Source: an uncultured cyanobacterium
GTDB taxonomy: Bacteria; Cyanobacteriota; Cyanobacteriia; Cyanobacteriales; CAWUOF01
Assembly: GCA_963744145.1 (NCBI GenBank)
Contig: CAVUSO010000001.1
Span: 4,512,001 to 4,576,000, forward strand
Direction: 5' to 3'
DNA: 64,000 nt
The position numbers and the translations under genes were made by a program. The notes beneath the pieces are model-generated. The model ran no database searches, was not told where the DNA came from, and saw only the letters and a list, made by a program, of their open reading frames with translations. This document shows, piece by piece, positions 55,993 through 64,000 of this stretch (its first letter is position 1; every line of letters begins with the position of its first letter).

Positions 55993-56238
55993 TCATATAA
56001 TTGGTTCACGTTCTAATTGTTTTGGCTGGGGATGGCGCACAAACGTTTCATCATCAATGCAGCCATAATATTGTGCAAGGGGATGGGCATCTAACCCAGT
56101 GGACGTTGTCGGTAACATGGTCACTGTTGAGGTAGCCAAACTAGATGGCTGCAATGATTCGATTAACAGCTTGAGCAACGCCCAGCGATCGTCCGTGGGC
56201 AACTCCAACACTTGCTTTTTTAATTCCTTTAAAGTCAT
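55993..56238 (-). CDS. Putative antitoxin
   Basis: MTLKELKKQVLELPTDDRWAL...YGCIDDETFVRHPQ; its stop overlaps a PIN start. Confidence 0.7.
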   Translation of the reverse strand: MTLKELKKQVLELPTDDRWALLKLLIESLQPSSLATSTVTMLPTTSTGLDAHPLAQYYGCIDDETFVRHPQPKQLEREPII

Positions 56239-56346
56239 AGGTCTAATTTTTAGGATTAATCAGGACTACTTGATACCGAGATCGTAAATTATTAGGTAAA
56301 CTATTTCTGGTAACAACGATAATAGTCATGAATCAGCTGATCGCGG

Positions 56347-56652
56347 CTAGATATAAATTAAGCTCTCAACAATCTGATTTGCCACGGTGCGATTATGAAT
56401 ACTAGCGATGCCTGCGATCGTCAAAACATCCACTTTGCGACCTAAAAAGGCTTCTAGCTCGTCACACAGATCGACAAACCGTAATCCGATCGGTTGCTCA
56501 AATTCCACCACCAGATCGACATCACTGGTTTCCGTCGCAGTTCCCTTTGCAAATGAACCAAAAAGACCAATTCTTTTAACATGAAATTTTTCCCTTAAAT
56601 AATCGAAATGTTGCCGTAAACAATGAATAATTGCTTCTTGAGTTGTATTCAT
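56347..56652 (-). CDS. MNT-type nucleotidyltransferase antitoxin
   Basis: LFGSFAKG...SDVDLVVEF and LGRKVDV motifs. Confidence 0.88.
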   Translation of the reverse strand: MNTTQEAIIHCLRQHFDYLREKFHVKRIGLFGSFAKGTATETSDVDLVVEFEQPIGLRFVDLCDELEAFLGRKVDVLTIAGIASIHNRTVANQIVESLIYI

Positions 56653-56744
56653 AAGTAAATATCTGTATTAATAACTACGACTAACAATTGGAGAACTGCG
56701 ACGAACTAAATATTAAATACAAGCATTAGTATCCAGTAAATAAC

Positions 56745-56990
56745 TCACAATGCACTCCAATCCCTCCGATCGCATTTACCTTGATGTCCACGTTCCAAAG
56801 GTTCACCCTGCCATTCCCCGGCTGTTCGTTCAAAAAAGCCTGGAGCCCAACCTAACTCATGATCAGGTTTTGGCGTTGCTGGACTCCTGGTGATTTCTGG
56901 CTGTAGTAATTCGATCAACAATTTGAACAAAGCCCAGCGAGCCTCCGTAGGCAACTCCAATACTTGCTTTTTTAATTTTTGTAAGGTCAT
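56745..56990 (-). CDS. Putative antitoxin
   Basis: N-terminus paralogous to 55993-56238; GWAPGFFERTAGEWQGEPLER. Its stop overlaps the PIN stub MSYLLDTNACI*. Confidence 0.7.
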   Translation of the reverse strand: MTLQKLKKQVLELPTEARWALFKLLIELLQPEITRSPATPKPDHELGWAPGFFERTAGEWQGEPLERGHQGKCDRRDWSAL

Positions 56991-57085
56991 CGCTCTAATC
57001 TTTAGAAATAATCATAATTGATACTGATCTTAAATTATCATCAGTTATGAAATTGGGATCATTAAAGTAAATCAGGATATTTGGA

Positions 57086-57328
57086 TCAACAGCGTTCATG
57101 CAACATGTCCCGTGTGAAATGGGGAGCATTAGAGGGAATGGGGTTTTGTTGCATTCGCTCAACAAGTAGCTTTAGAAAATTCTGTCTAGTAGCAATGTCA
57201 GCGATCGTGGGGGGAGCAACTTGGGCCGATTGCACGAAAAGCTCAACTTCAATACCTTCAGACAAATTACAGGCTGTTTTAAGAATAAATGTGCCACTAC
57301 GGTAAACTGCTTTTAAGGTTTGGGGCAT
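57086..57328 (-). CDS. DUF104/AF2212-like antitoxin
   Basis: MPQTLKAVYRSGTF...LSEGIEVEL and FTRDMLHER; overlaps a PIN-like stub MNAVDPNILIY. Confidence 0.75.
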   Translation of the reverse strand: MPQTLKAVYRSGTFILKTACNLSEGIEVELFVQSAQVAPPTIADIATRQNFLKLLVERMQQNPIPSNAPHFTRDMLHERC

Positions 57329-57391
57329 AGGAAGACTCCATGATCAGATTCGCGTTCTGGTTGTTCTAGCTGGGGATGGCGCACAAACGTT

Positions 57392-57994
57392 TTATGATCG
57401 ATCGCCAGTTTCAGGAAATTCCACCTCCTCATACACTAGCGTCAACGGACAACGAAAATCCAGACTAACCAATTCCAAGATCGGATTTTCCGTATCCACC
57501 GCATCGTCAGGATAGGCTGTCAGTTCCCATTTACCCGTACTGGTTTTGCGATAACAATCTACCCCTATCTTCTGGGCATCAATCAATACATATTCTTGCA
57601 GCGTGGGGATGCGGCGGTAGAACTTAAACTTATCACCCCGATCGAAGCCTGCGGTGCTGGGTGACAATACCTCAATTATCAGCTTTGGGTAAGCGATCGC
57701 ATCTATTGCACGGCGATCGCGATCGTCGCAACTTACCACCATGTCAGGATAGAAATAAGGCCCGCCCTCAGCAATCTTGACCTTGGCATCAGACATTCGC
57801 ACTTTACAGCCCGTTCCTCGTAGAGCTATTCTGAGGGCACTCGTCAGATTCACAGCAATGTCATTATGGGGCAGCGTTCCCCCCGTCATGACATAGACTT
57901 TACCGTCAATATATTCATGTCGGAGCGGTTGGTCGGCTTCCCAGGTAAGATATTCAGCCGGAGTCATGGATTGGGGTTGAACCCTGGCAATCAT
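57392..57994 (-). CDS. Uma2/DUF820 family endonuclease
   Basis: HEYIDG, YPDMVVSC, IEVLSPST, DRGDKF and LQEYVLID motifs. Confidence 0.93.
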   Translation of the reverse strand: MIARVQPQSMTPAEYLTWEADQPLRHEYIDGKVYVMTGGTLPHNDIAVNLTSALRIALRGTGCKVRMSDAKVKIAEGGPYFYPDMVVSCDDRDRRAIDAIAYPKLIIEVLSPSTAGFDRGDKFKFYRRIPTLQEYVLIDAQKIGVDCYRKTSTGKWELTAYPDDAVDTENPILELVSLDFRCPLTLVYEEVEFPETGDRS

Positions 57995-58079
57995 GATTAA
58001 CCTCCATTTCGGGTTGTTGTGCTGCCGTCTGTTGCGGAATTACCATTTTTTCTAAAGAGCGATTCAATTGAAACAAGAC

Positions 58080-58343
58080 CTAGCACTTTCTGTAAACATC
58101 TTTTCGGTGTTTGCATTGCAATAGGAGAACTATCAACTCTTCATCGTCGATCTCATAACGAACACGATAATCACCGATGCGAATACGGTACTCATTGTCA
58201 GCACCTTTCATTTTGATGACTCCATCGGGGCGTGGGTCTTCGGCAAGTTGCTGGATTTTAACGACGATGCGATCGTAAACGTCATTGGGCAAGGCATCTA
58301 GCTGTTTTTGCACAGCTTTAGGCGTAATTATAAAGTAAGTCAT
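58080..58343 (-). CDS. RelE/ParE-family toxin
   Basis: PRPDGVIKMKG, YRIRIGDYRVRYEI and HRKDVYR motifs. Confidence 0.9.
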   Translation of the reverse strand: MTYFIITPKAVQKQLDALPNDVYDRIVVKIQQLAEDPRPDGVIKMKGADNEYRIRIGDYRVRYEIDDEELIVLLLQCKHRKDVYRKC

Positions 58344-58579
58344 GCCGATCGATTTGCCCGCTGTGCTATGTATTGGTCAAAGGTGGTGTAATCACCTGCT
58401 TTATAGTCAGCACGGGCAGCTTGAATTTCGGCAATATCCTCCGGAGAATCCTCATCATCGGGGAATAATTCAGCCTCTAGAAGTTCCCAAAGTTGGTGTT
58501 TTTCAGCAATTTCTAGAGATGAAATTGCCTCCAGTAGTGATTGAAATGAGATATCTACTTTCACGGTATTCTCAGCCAT
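58340..58579 (-). CDS. Putative antitoxin of the RelE toxin
   Basis: Small acidic protein with EIQAARADYKAGDY; ATGA overlap with the toxin gene. Confidence 0.8.
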   Translation of the reverse strand: MAENTVKVDISFQSLLEAISSLEIAEKHQLWELLEAELFPDDEDSPEDIAEIQAARADYKAGDYTTFDQYIAQRANRSA

Positions 58580-58682
58580 TAGACTTTACCATCAATATAT
58601 TCATGTCGGAGCGGTTGGTCGGCTTCCCAGGTAAGATAGTCAGCCGGGGTCATGGATTGGGGTTGAACCCTGGCAATCATGA

Positions 58683-60149
58683 TTAACCTCCATTTTGGGT
58701 AAACTCATCCATCATTATCTCAATTTCCCGCAGGGCATTGCCTAAATGGATAGCGATCGCAGCAGCAATCTCCTCTGGCTCGGTGAGTTCATCCTCTGGG
58801 TCATTGCTGGTATCGCGCAGCCAAGCAATATCCAAATTGTCATTCCGGGCAGCAATCTGCTCACGGGTGAAACATCGGAACCGCCCTTCCTCTCCCTGAT
58901 CAGTGCGCGGAGCTTTCCCCAATGGGTCATCCCCAAAAGCGGTTTCAAACTCGGCAAAATCCGCCACAGTTAACAGCCTAGTCTTGCCAAAGCTGTTCAT
59001 ATTTGCCCGTAGGTCATGTACCCAAACCGCCTTCGTGTTACCGCGATCCGTCTTACCCCGCGTGAAAAACAGCACATTAGTTTTCACACCTTGGGCATAA
59101 AAAATCCCCGTCGGCAATCGCAAAATGGTGTGCAGATCGCACAGTTCCATGAGCTGCTGTCGGAGCTTCCGCCCCGTATTGTCCTCAAACAACACATTAT
59201 CTGGTACAACCACCGCCGCCCTGCCCCCTGGTTTCAGGGCGCGATAGATATGCTCCACAAAAGCAAGCTGCTTGTTAGAGGTTTCTGCTGTTACTGAAAA
59301 ATCCGCTCTAGTGGGTCGTCCGCCGCCCTTCTTCGTTCCAAAAGGGGGATTCGTCAGGATCACATCGGCTTTACCCAAAGCTTCCCCATCTGATGACAGG
59401 CTATCCCCACACTCCACCACACTTTCAATGCCGTGCAACATCAAATTCATCAGGCAAAGACGGTGTGTATCTGGCACCAGTTCCAGCCCTCGGTAAGCCT
59501 CATGGCGCTGGAAATGTGCCTGATCCTTGGTCAAGGTATAGAGATCATCGGTGTGCCGCTTGACATACTGATCCGCCGCCACCAAAAAACCACCCGTCCC
59601 CGCTGCTGGGTCTTGGATCACCTCCCCCGCCTGGGGCTGCACCAGCCTGACAATGCAATCAATCAAGGGGCGCGGTGTGAAATATTGCCCTGCCCCTGAT
59701 TTCTTCTCAGCAGCATTCTTCTCCAGCAATCCTTCATAAAGATTGCCTAAGCCTTCTTCTCTTGCAGAAAACCAGTCTAGGCGATCGATCGCATCGGTAA
59801 GTGACTTCAGATTGGTGGGTTTCCTTAGCCTGGTTTGAGCATCGGTAAAAATAGCCAGTACCACAGAGTCGGCAACTTTCTTCTGATTCCCCAGATCCAG
59901 CAAAAGCTGACGGTAAAACTCCAACTGTTCCAACCCTTCGCGGCTGTCGAGTTCACTCCAGCGATATTCAGTCGGTAAACGGCTTTCGCGCCCTGTCTCC
60001 GCCAGCATCTTGAGAAATAACAAATAGGTCAGCTCGGTGACATATTCGTTATAGGTGATGCCATCATCACGCAGGATATGACACAAATTCCAAAGTTTCC
60101 CGACGATATCACGGGTTACGCTACCCGTCTTACCGTTATCAGTACCCAT
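58683..60149 (-). CDS. hsdM: Type I R-M methyltransferase subunit (EcoKI-like)
   Basis: KLWNLCHILRDDG, GAGQYFTPR, DPAAGTGGF, NPPFG and FYAQGVKTNV motifs. Confidence 0.96.
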   Translation of the reverse strand: MGTDNGKTGSVTRDIVGKLWNLCHILRDDGITYNEYVTELTYLLFLKMLAETGRESRLPTEYRWSELDSREGLEQLEFYRQLLLDLGNQKKVADSVVLAIFTDAQTRLRKPTNLKSLTDAIDRLDWFSAREEGLGNLYEGLLEKNAAEKKSGAGQYFTPRPLIDCIVRLVQPQAGEVIQDPAAGTGGFLVAADQYVKRHTDDLYTLTKDQAHFQRHEAYRGLELVPDTHRLCLMNLMLHGIESVVECGDSLSSDGEALGKADVILTNPPFGTKKGGGRPTRADFSVTAETSNKQLAFVEHIYRALKPGGRAAVVVPDNVLFEDNTGRKLRQQLMELCDLHTILRLPTGIFYAQGVKTNVLFFTRGKTDRGNTKAVWVHDLRANMNSFGKTRLLTVADFAEFETAFGDDPLGKAPRTDQGEEGRFRCFTREQIAARNDNLDIAWLRDTSNDPEDELTEPEEIAAAIAIHLGNALREIEIMMDEFTQNGG

Positions 60150-63100
60150 CAAGCTGTCTTTCGCCACAATTCCTCGTTTATATCTCCTAAAATGGCTTCC
60201 AGTTGTCCATCAAAAATGCGGTTGAGCCGATTAAACCCCCCATCCGCCTGGAAAGGTTCTTGATCCAGGGCAGCGCGATCGACAATAACCTCACGGGATA
60301 CCTGTTCACCAATTCGCTGCAACCATTTGCGCTGGGGGTCTGTCCAGACCCGCTTGGCCATAATCCGCTTCATGGCGGCTTTGACTCGATCGTCATAAGG
60401 GATCAGCGGATCACCCAACGCCACCTGACGGATAAAGCCAATAATCGAGGCGGCAATATCCTCATTTTTAGCATCCTGCCACGCCTGCCGCAGGTTTGCT
60501 TCTGAATATCCCATTTTATCAAGATCCAGACGCAATTCACGAAGCTGGGCACGGGTTAGCTCACGCGGTCGCTGCAATACCACGGTCAATGCTGCCAGCT
60601 TGTTGACGTTATCCCGCACATAAGCCGTAAAGCTATCAAGAAAATCATCCGGTCTTTGACCCGTACCATACCCACGGGTCACCGCTACCACTTGATCAGG
60701 ATGGTAAGAAATTGGCAGAAAACTCCCTTTGCCGCCTGCCGGATTCCAGTCCAGAATCCGCCCGATGCCGGGTCGCTCCCTCACCCAGCCAGCTAGTTCC
60801 GGCAGTGGTGAAGTCCTGAACCGCTCCAGCGTCTCTTCTGGTGTTTCACCAATCTGAGCTTCATAGCTCTCTCTAGCCTGGTCAGCCAGTCGCTGCAACT
60901 TCCGCTGTAGCTTAACCACTATTTGATCCCGAATGAGCTTGCGGTGCTTATCCTCCTTCACCTGGGCAAACTCATCAAACAACCGCTCAAGGGTAATGGT
61001 AGGGTTGACCACAACGGGTTTCATCTCGGTCAAAGCCTGCAATTTAGAATATAAATCAACTGCATCAAAAATACGGAACGTCTCCTTACCGATCTCATTG
61101 CATTGACGGGTTGCCCGTCCCAACATCTGCTCATAAAGAATCCGGCTATTCACCCGCCGCAAAAACACCAGATTGATAATACTGGGAACATCAATTCCTG
61201 TGGTCAGCAGGTCAACCGTGACGGCAATCTTGGGCATCGCATCATTCCGGTAAGAACGGATCAGCTCCCCTACCTTGTCAACACTGCCCGTAATCTTGCG
61301 AACGGCGGCATCCTCAATCTCGCCATAATAATCTGCCATTGCCTGCTTAATTTGGTCAACCATAATATCCGCATGGGCATCACTGACCGCAAAAATCAGG
61401 GTCTTACCCGGCAGGTTCGGATCAATATGTTTAGCCAGTTCTCTAGCGACTGCCCTATTGAACGGAATCGTGACTACATTTTTATTAAAGTCATCCACCT
61501 CAAAATTCAGATTGTCTGGGGCATAGATGCGCTGCATATGCCCGGTAGTAGAATAGATGGCATCCAACGCTTCCCCAGCTCGAAACTTAATACCACTCTG
61601 GCTCAAAGCGGTCGCGATCTGCACAGGTGGCTCATGATCAATCAGAAAACCATCGATTACCGCCTCACGATAAGAGTAGGTAAACACGGGTTCACCGAAT
61701 ATTTGCACCGTATGCAGGGCAGGCGTAGCCGTCAGCCCGATTTTAACCGCATCAAAATGCTCTAACACCCGACGGTACTTAGAAACATAATCATCCTGAT
61801 TGCGGAAACTCAGCTCGGCATCGGACATTTCCCGATCGAGCAGATAGCCTCGGTGACATTCATCAATCAACAACAGATCATATTGATCAATCGGTGGAAC
61901 GCTTCCTGGTTCATTGGCATAAAGAACCCGCTTCACTAGCCCCTGAATGGTGCAGATATGAACCTTGGTTTCTGAATCTGGGGTAACATCTCCTAACCCC
62001 TGCAATCCGAAAATATCGCTGAAGGTTTTAGCGGTGACAACCTTGGTAGTACGAAACTCACCTGCTGCCTGACTCCCCAAAGCACTGCGATCGACCACAA
62101 AACAGACACGGCGAAACCGTTTAGCGGTCAATAAACGGTAAAGCAGAGCGATCGCCAGTTTTGTTTTCCCGGTTCCGGTTGCCATTGCCACCAGCATGGC
62201 ACGACTATCCTGCTCCAAAGTGTTTTCAACAGCTTCGATCGCCCGTTGTTGATAGGGTCGCAAGGGAAACCCAAACTGATAAGGCTGGGTTTTCAGGGCA
62301 GCGTGGGCAGTTTCGCGATCAATTCCTAGCTGTGCTTCTAGACCATCAGGCGTTGGCCAACCAGCCAGAGCGCGACGGCGGTTAGTGGTTTTACGCACAT
62401 CCCGAAACCAAATCCCGCTTTCCGTCTCAATCTGTTTTAGATATGGTCGTCCGTTCGTCGCAAACACAAAGGGAACCTGAAACTCACTCCATGGACCGCC
62501 ACCTATAACATCAAATCCATCACCCGCATGAAACCCTTTGGCGTATCGTTCAGCTTGATCTATGGCAGCAGAAACATTCTTCTGTCTGCGTTTAGCCTCA
62601 ATAAACCCGATACAACTTGTGCCAATAAACAGCGCATAATCAGCAATCCCATTAGCCGTCGGCCATTCGGCGATCGCCATATTCTGACCTCTAACTGGCC
62701 TGATCCCCTTGTTGTAGCGCAAGTTTCGGGTATCAGCCAACCAGCCTGCATCCTGCAATTGCTGATCAATAATTGCCCTTGTCTCATTTTCATCCAGGTC
62801 AATAACCGAAACTGCCTGATCAGCCAGGGAAATAATAGCAGCGGTCTGTTGTGCTGGTAACTGTCTGGAAGCTGCTTGAAGTGTCGCTAACTGAACTTCA
62901 ATGCCTGATCTTGCCTGTTCAGACTCGATCGCAAGCTGTTCCCATAATGAACGTTCTTCGGCTTCCCTCCTGGCTCTCTCCTCAGCACTAAGCACCGCTC
63001 TGGCCTGTTCTTCGGCTGCCAGCTTTGCCCGTTCTGCCTCGCTGCGTGTGTCTTCAATGGCAATACGCAAGCGTTCAAGTTCCACTGCTAGTTCTACTGT

Positions 63101-63535
63101 CACATCAGTTGGATTGGGCGGTGGCACAAAGGCACCAGCTTTAAACTGACGATCGCTGCCAAAGGTGCGATGAAACCAGATCCCTAAATTTCTGGCCATT
63201 TTCAACAGCGTTAGGGCTTCTGTGCGATCGCCGCAATAATTGTGAGTGGCTTGATTCCCGGCTCTTCGGATGTGATGAAATAGATCAGCCACTTCCTGCG
63301 ATATCACCCGTTCCACCTTCAACCGTCGCAATAAATCTGCCTGGGCTTCCTCCGGGTCAACAAACAGCCCTGTCTTGGCGGCGGTCAATTGTGCCAGCAG
63401 TTCGGCAAACTGCCGCAACTTAATCAGACAAGTATTGGGGTCATCTTGGAAATAGCGTTCAGCCAAACTCCCAAGACGTACTAACTGCAAGTCATGCGAT
63501 CGTAAAAAACCAAAATTGGCTGATTCTCCTGCCAT
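60149..63535 (-). CDS. hsdR: Type I restriction endonuclease subunit R (EcoKI-like)
   Basis: ADYAL..IEAK, MATGTGKT, DECHRGY, GLTATP and QMLGRATR motifs. Confidence 0.96.
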   Translation of the reverse strand: MAGESANFGFLRSHDLQLVRLGSLAERYFQDDPNTCLIKLRQFAELLAQLTAAKTGLFVDPEEAQADLLRRLKVERVISQEVADLFHHIRRAGNQATHNYCGDRTEALTLLKMARNLGIWFHRTFGSDRQFKAGAFVPPPNPTDVTVELAVELERLRIAIEDTRSEAERAKLAAEEQARAVLSAEERARREAEERSLWEQLAIESEQARSGIEVQLATLQAASRQLPAQQTAAIISLADQAVSVIDLDENETRAIIDQQLQDAGWLADTRNLRYNKGIRPVRGQNMAIAEWPTANGIADYALFIGTSCIGFIEAKRRQKNVSAAIDQAERYAKGFHAGDGFDVIGGGPWSEFQVPFVFATNGRPYLKQIETESGIWFRDVRKTTNRRRALAGWPTPDGLEAQLGIDRETAHAALKTQPYQFGFPLRPYQQRAIEAVENTLEQDSRAMLVAMATGTGKTKLAIALLYRLLTAKRFRRVCFVVDRSALGSQAAGEFRTTKVVTAKTFSDIFGLQGLGDVTPDSETKVHICTIQGLVKRVLYANEPGSVPPIDQYDLLLIDECHRGYLLDREMSDAELSFRNQDDYVSKYRRVLEHFDAVKIGLTATPALHTVQIFGEPVFTYSYREAVIDGFLIDHEPPVQIATALSQSGIKFRAGEALDAIYSTTGHMQRIYAPDNLNFEVDDFNKNVVTIPFNRAVARELAKHIDPNLPGKTLIFAVSDAHADIMVDQIKQAMADYYGEIEDAAVRKITGSVDKVGELIRSYRNDAMPKIAVTVDLLTTGIDVPSIINLVFLRRVNSRILYEQMLGRATRQCNEIGKETFRIFDAVDLYSKLQALTEMKPVVVNPTITLERLFDEFAQVKEDKHRKLIRDQIVVKLQRKLQRLADQARESYEAQIGETPEETLERFRTSPLPELAGWVRERPGIGRILDWNPAGGKGSFLPISYHPDQVVAVTRGYGTGQRPDDFLDSFTAYVRDNVNKLAALTVVLQRPRELTRAQLRELRLDLDKMGYSEANLRQAWQDAKNEDIAASIIGFIRQVALGDPLIPYDDRVKAAMKRIMAKRVWTDPQRKWLQRIGEQVSREVIVDRAALDQEPFQADGGFNRLNRIFDGQLEAILGDINEELWRKTA

Positions 63536-63581
63536 ACTCTATTTTGATGGTGGATTTATTCAAAAAAAAACACTCATTTGC

Positions 63582-63899
63582 CTAAGATTGACTTACGGGG
63601 TCAGCATCAGTAGCTAGTTCAGCAATAACTTGCTTCAAAGAGATATTTCTGCTGTGATCCAATGATTTTCTAGTTTCGTGCGTTGCAAGTTGAGTATCAA
63701 TTTCTTCAAGGGATAGCACCGGCAGGTCAAACGCTTCTTTAAACCATTGAACGAGTTGCATCAGTTCTTCAAAGGAGGCACCAACCAAGGTAACAGGAGT
63801 TTTGCTGTAATTAACAATCCTGTGATCTCGCTCATAAAAGACCTCACGAATGGAGTAACGCCCTTGACTGTCACGAAATACGCGGTAAGTCCAAATCAT
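63582..63899 (-). CDS. Hypothetical protein (possible antitoxin-like)
   Basis: 105-aa ORF MIWTYRVF...YSIREVFY, co-oriented and upstream of hsdR. Confidence 0.6.
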   Translation of the reverse strand: MIWTYRVFRDSQGRYSIREVFYERDHRIVNYSKTPVTLVGASFEELMQLVQWFKEAFDLPVLSLEEIDTQLATHETRKSLDHSRNISLKQVIAELATDADPVSQS

Positions 63900-63905
63900 C
63901 TTGTA

Positions 63906-64000
63906 CTAGTTCTCCTGACCACGAAAGAACACTGTGTTTTTTGGTTTCTCTCCAATTCTCTCAATACTAACAATTTGAACCAGGTCATCGACGTTATAGA
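63906..64000 (-). CDS. 3' end of a probable RelE/ParE-like toxin (runs off the window)
   Basis: Translates YNVDDLVQIVSIERIGEKPKNTVFFRGQEN*. Confidence 0.5.
   Translation of the reverse strand, partial: YNVDDLVQIVSIERIGEKPKNTVFFRGQEN

Larger units (their letters stand above)
57894..58700. repeat. 121-bp direct repeat (57894-58014 and 58580-58700) flanking the RelE TA pair
   Basis: Near-identical copies of the hsdM last codons plus the Uma2 5' end. Confidence 0.9.

Noticed and set aside
55012..58700. Integron cassette array
   Set aside because: No intI in the window and no recurring attC-like palindromes at the cassette junctions.
61103..61765. 220-aa plus-strand ORF and other antisense ORFs in the track (e.g. 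39448-39846, 1446-1661, 58342-58686)
   Set aside because: They are shadow frames fully overlapping well-supported genes on the opposite strand, with no recognisable motifs.

Overview
Cyanobacterial chromosome segment. HIP1 (GCGATCGC) is abundant and the window carries ndhH, por, glpX, hemA and acnB. Most of it is housekeeping or signalling genes, with three accessory zones. (1) A non-autonomous IS200/IS605 (tnpB-only) element at 1421-2890 has itself acquired two small repeat insertions. (2) A decayed type V-K CRISPR-associated transposon (CAST) at 18773-28425 lies beside tRNA-Gly(TCC) and is largely missed by the ORF track. It retains both Tn7-like ends, an intact cvkR-like MerR repressor, a 16-17-codon cas12k stub, one CRISPR repeat, and tnsB/tniQ relics fused at HIP1 sites. 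Its intact cargo is a type I R-M operon with a PtuA/PtuB-like ATPase + HNH pair embedded between hsdS and hsdR. (3) A second, GC-richer type I R-M locus (53677 to >63535) has its hsdM-hsdS junction split by a 3.6 kb co-oriented array of toxin-antitoxin cassettes. In that array antitoxins are mostly intact and most toxins are reduced to short N-terminal stubs. All family assignments come from motif recognition by eye; no database searches were run.
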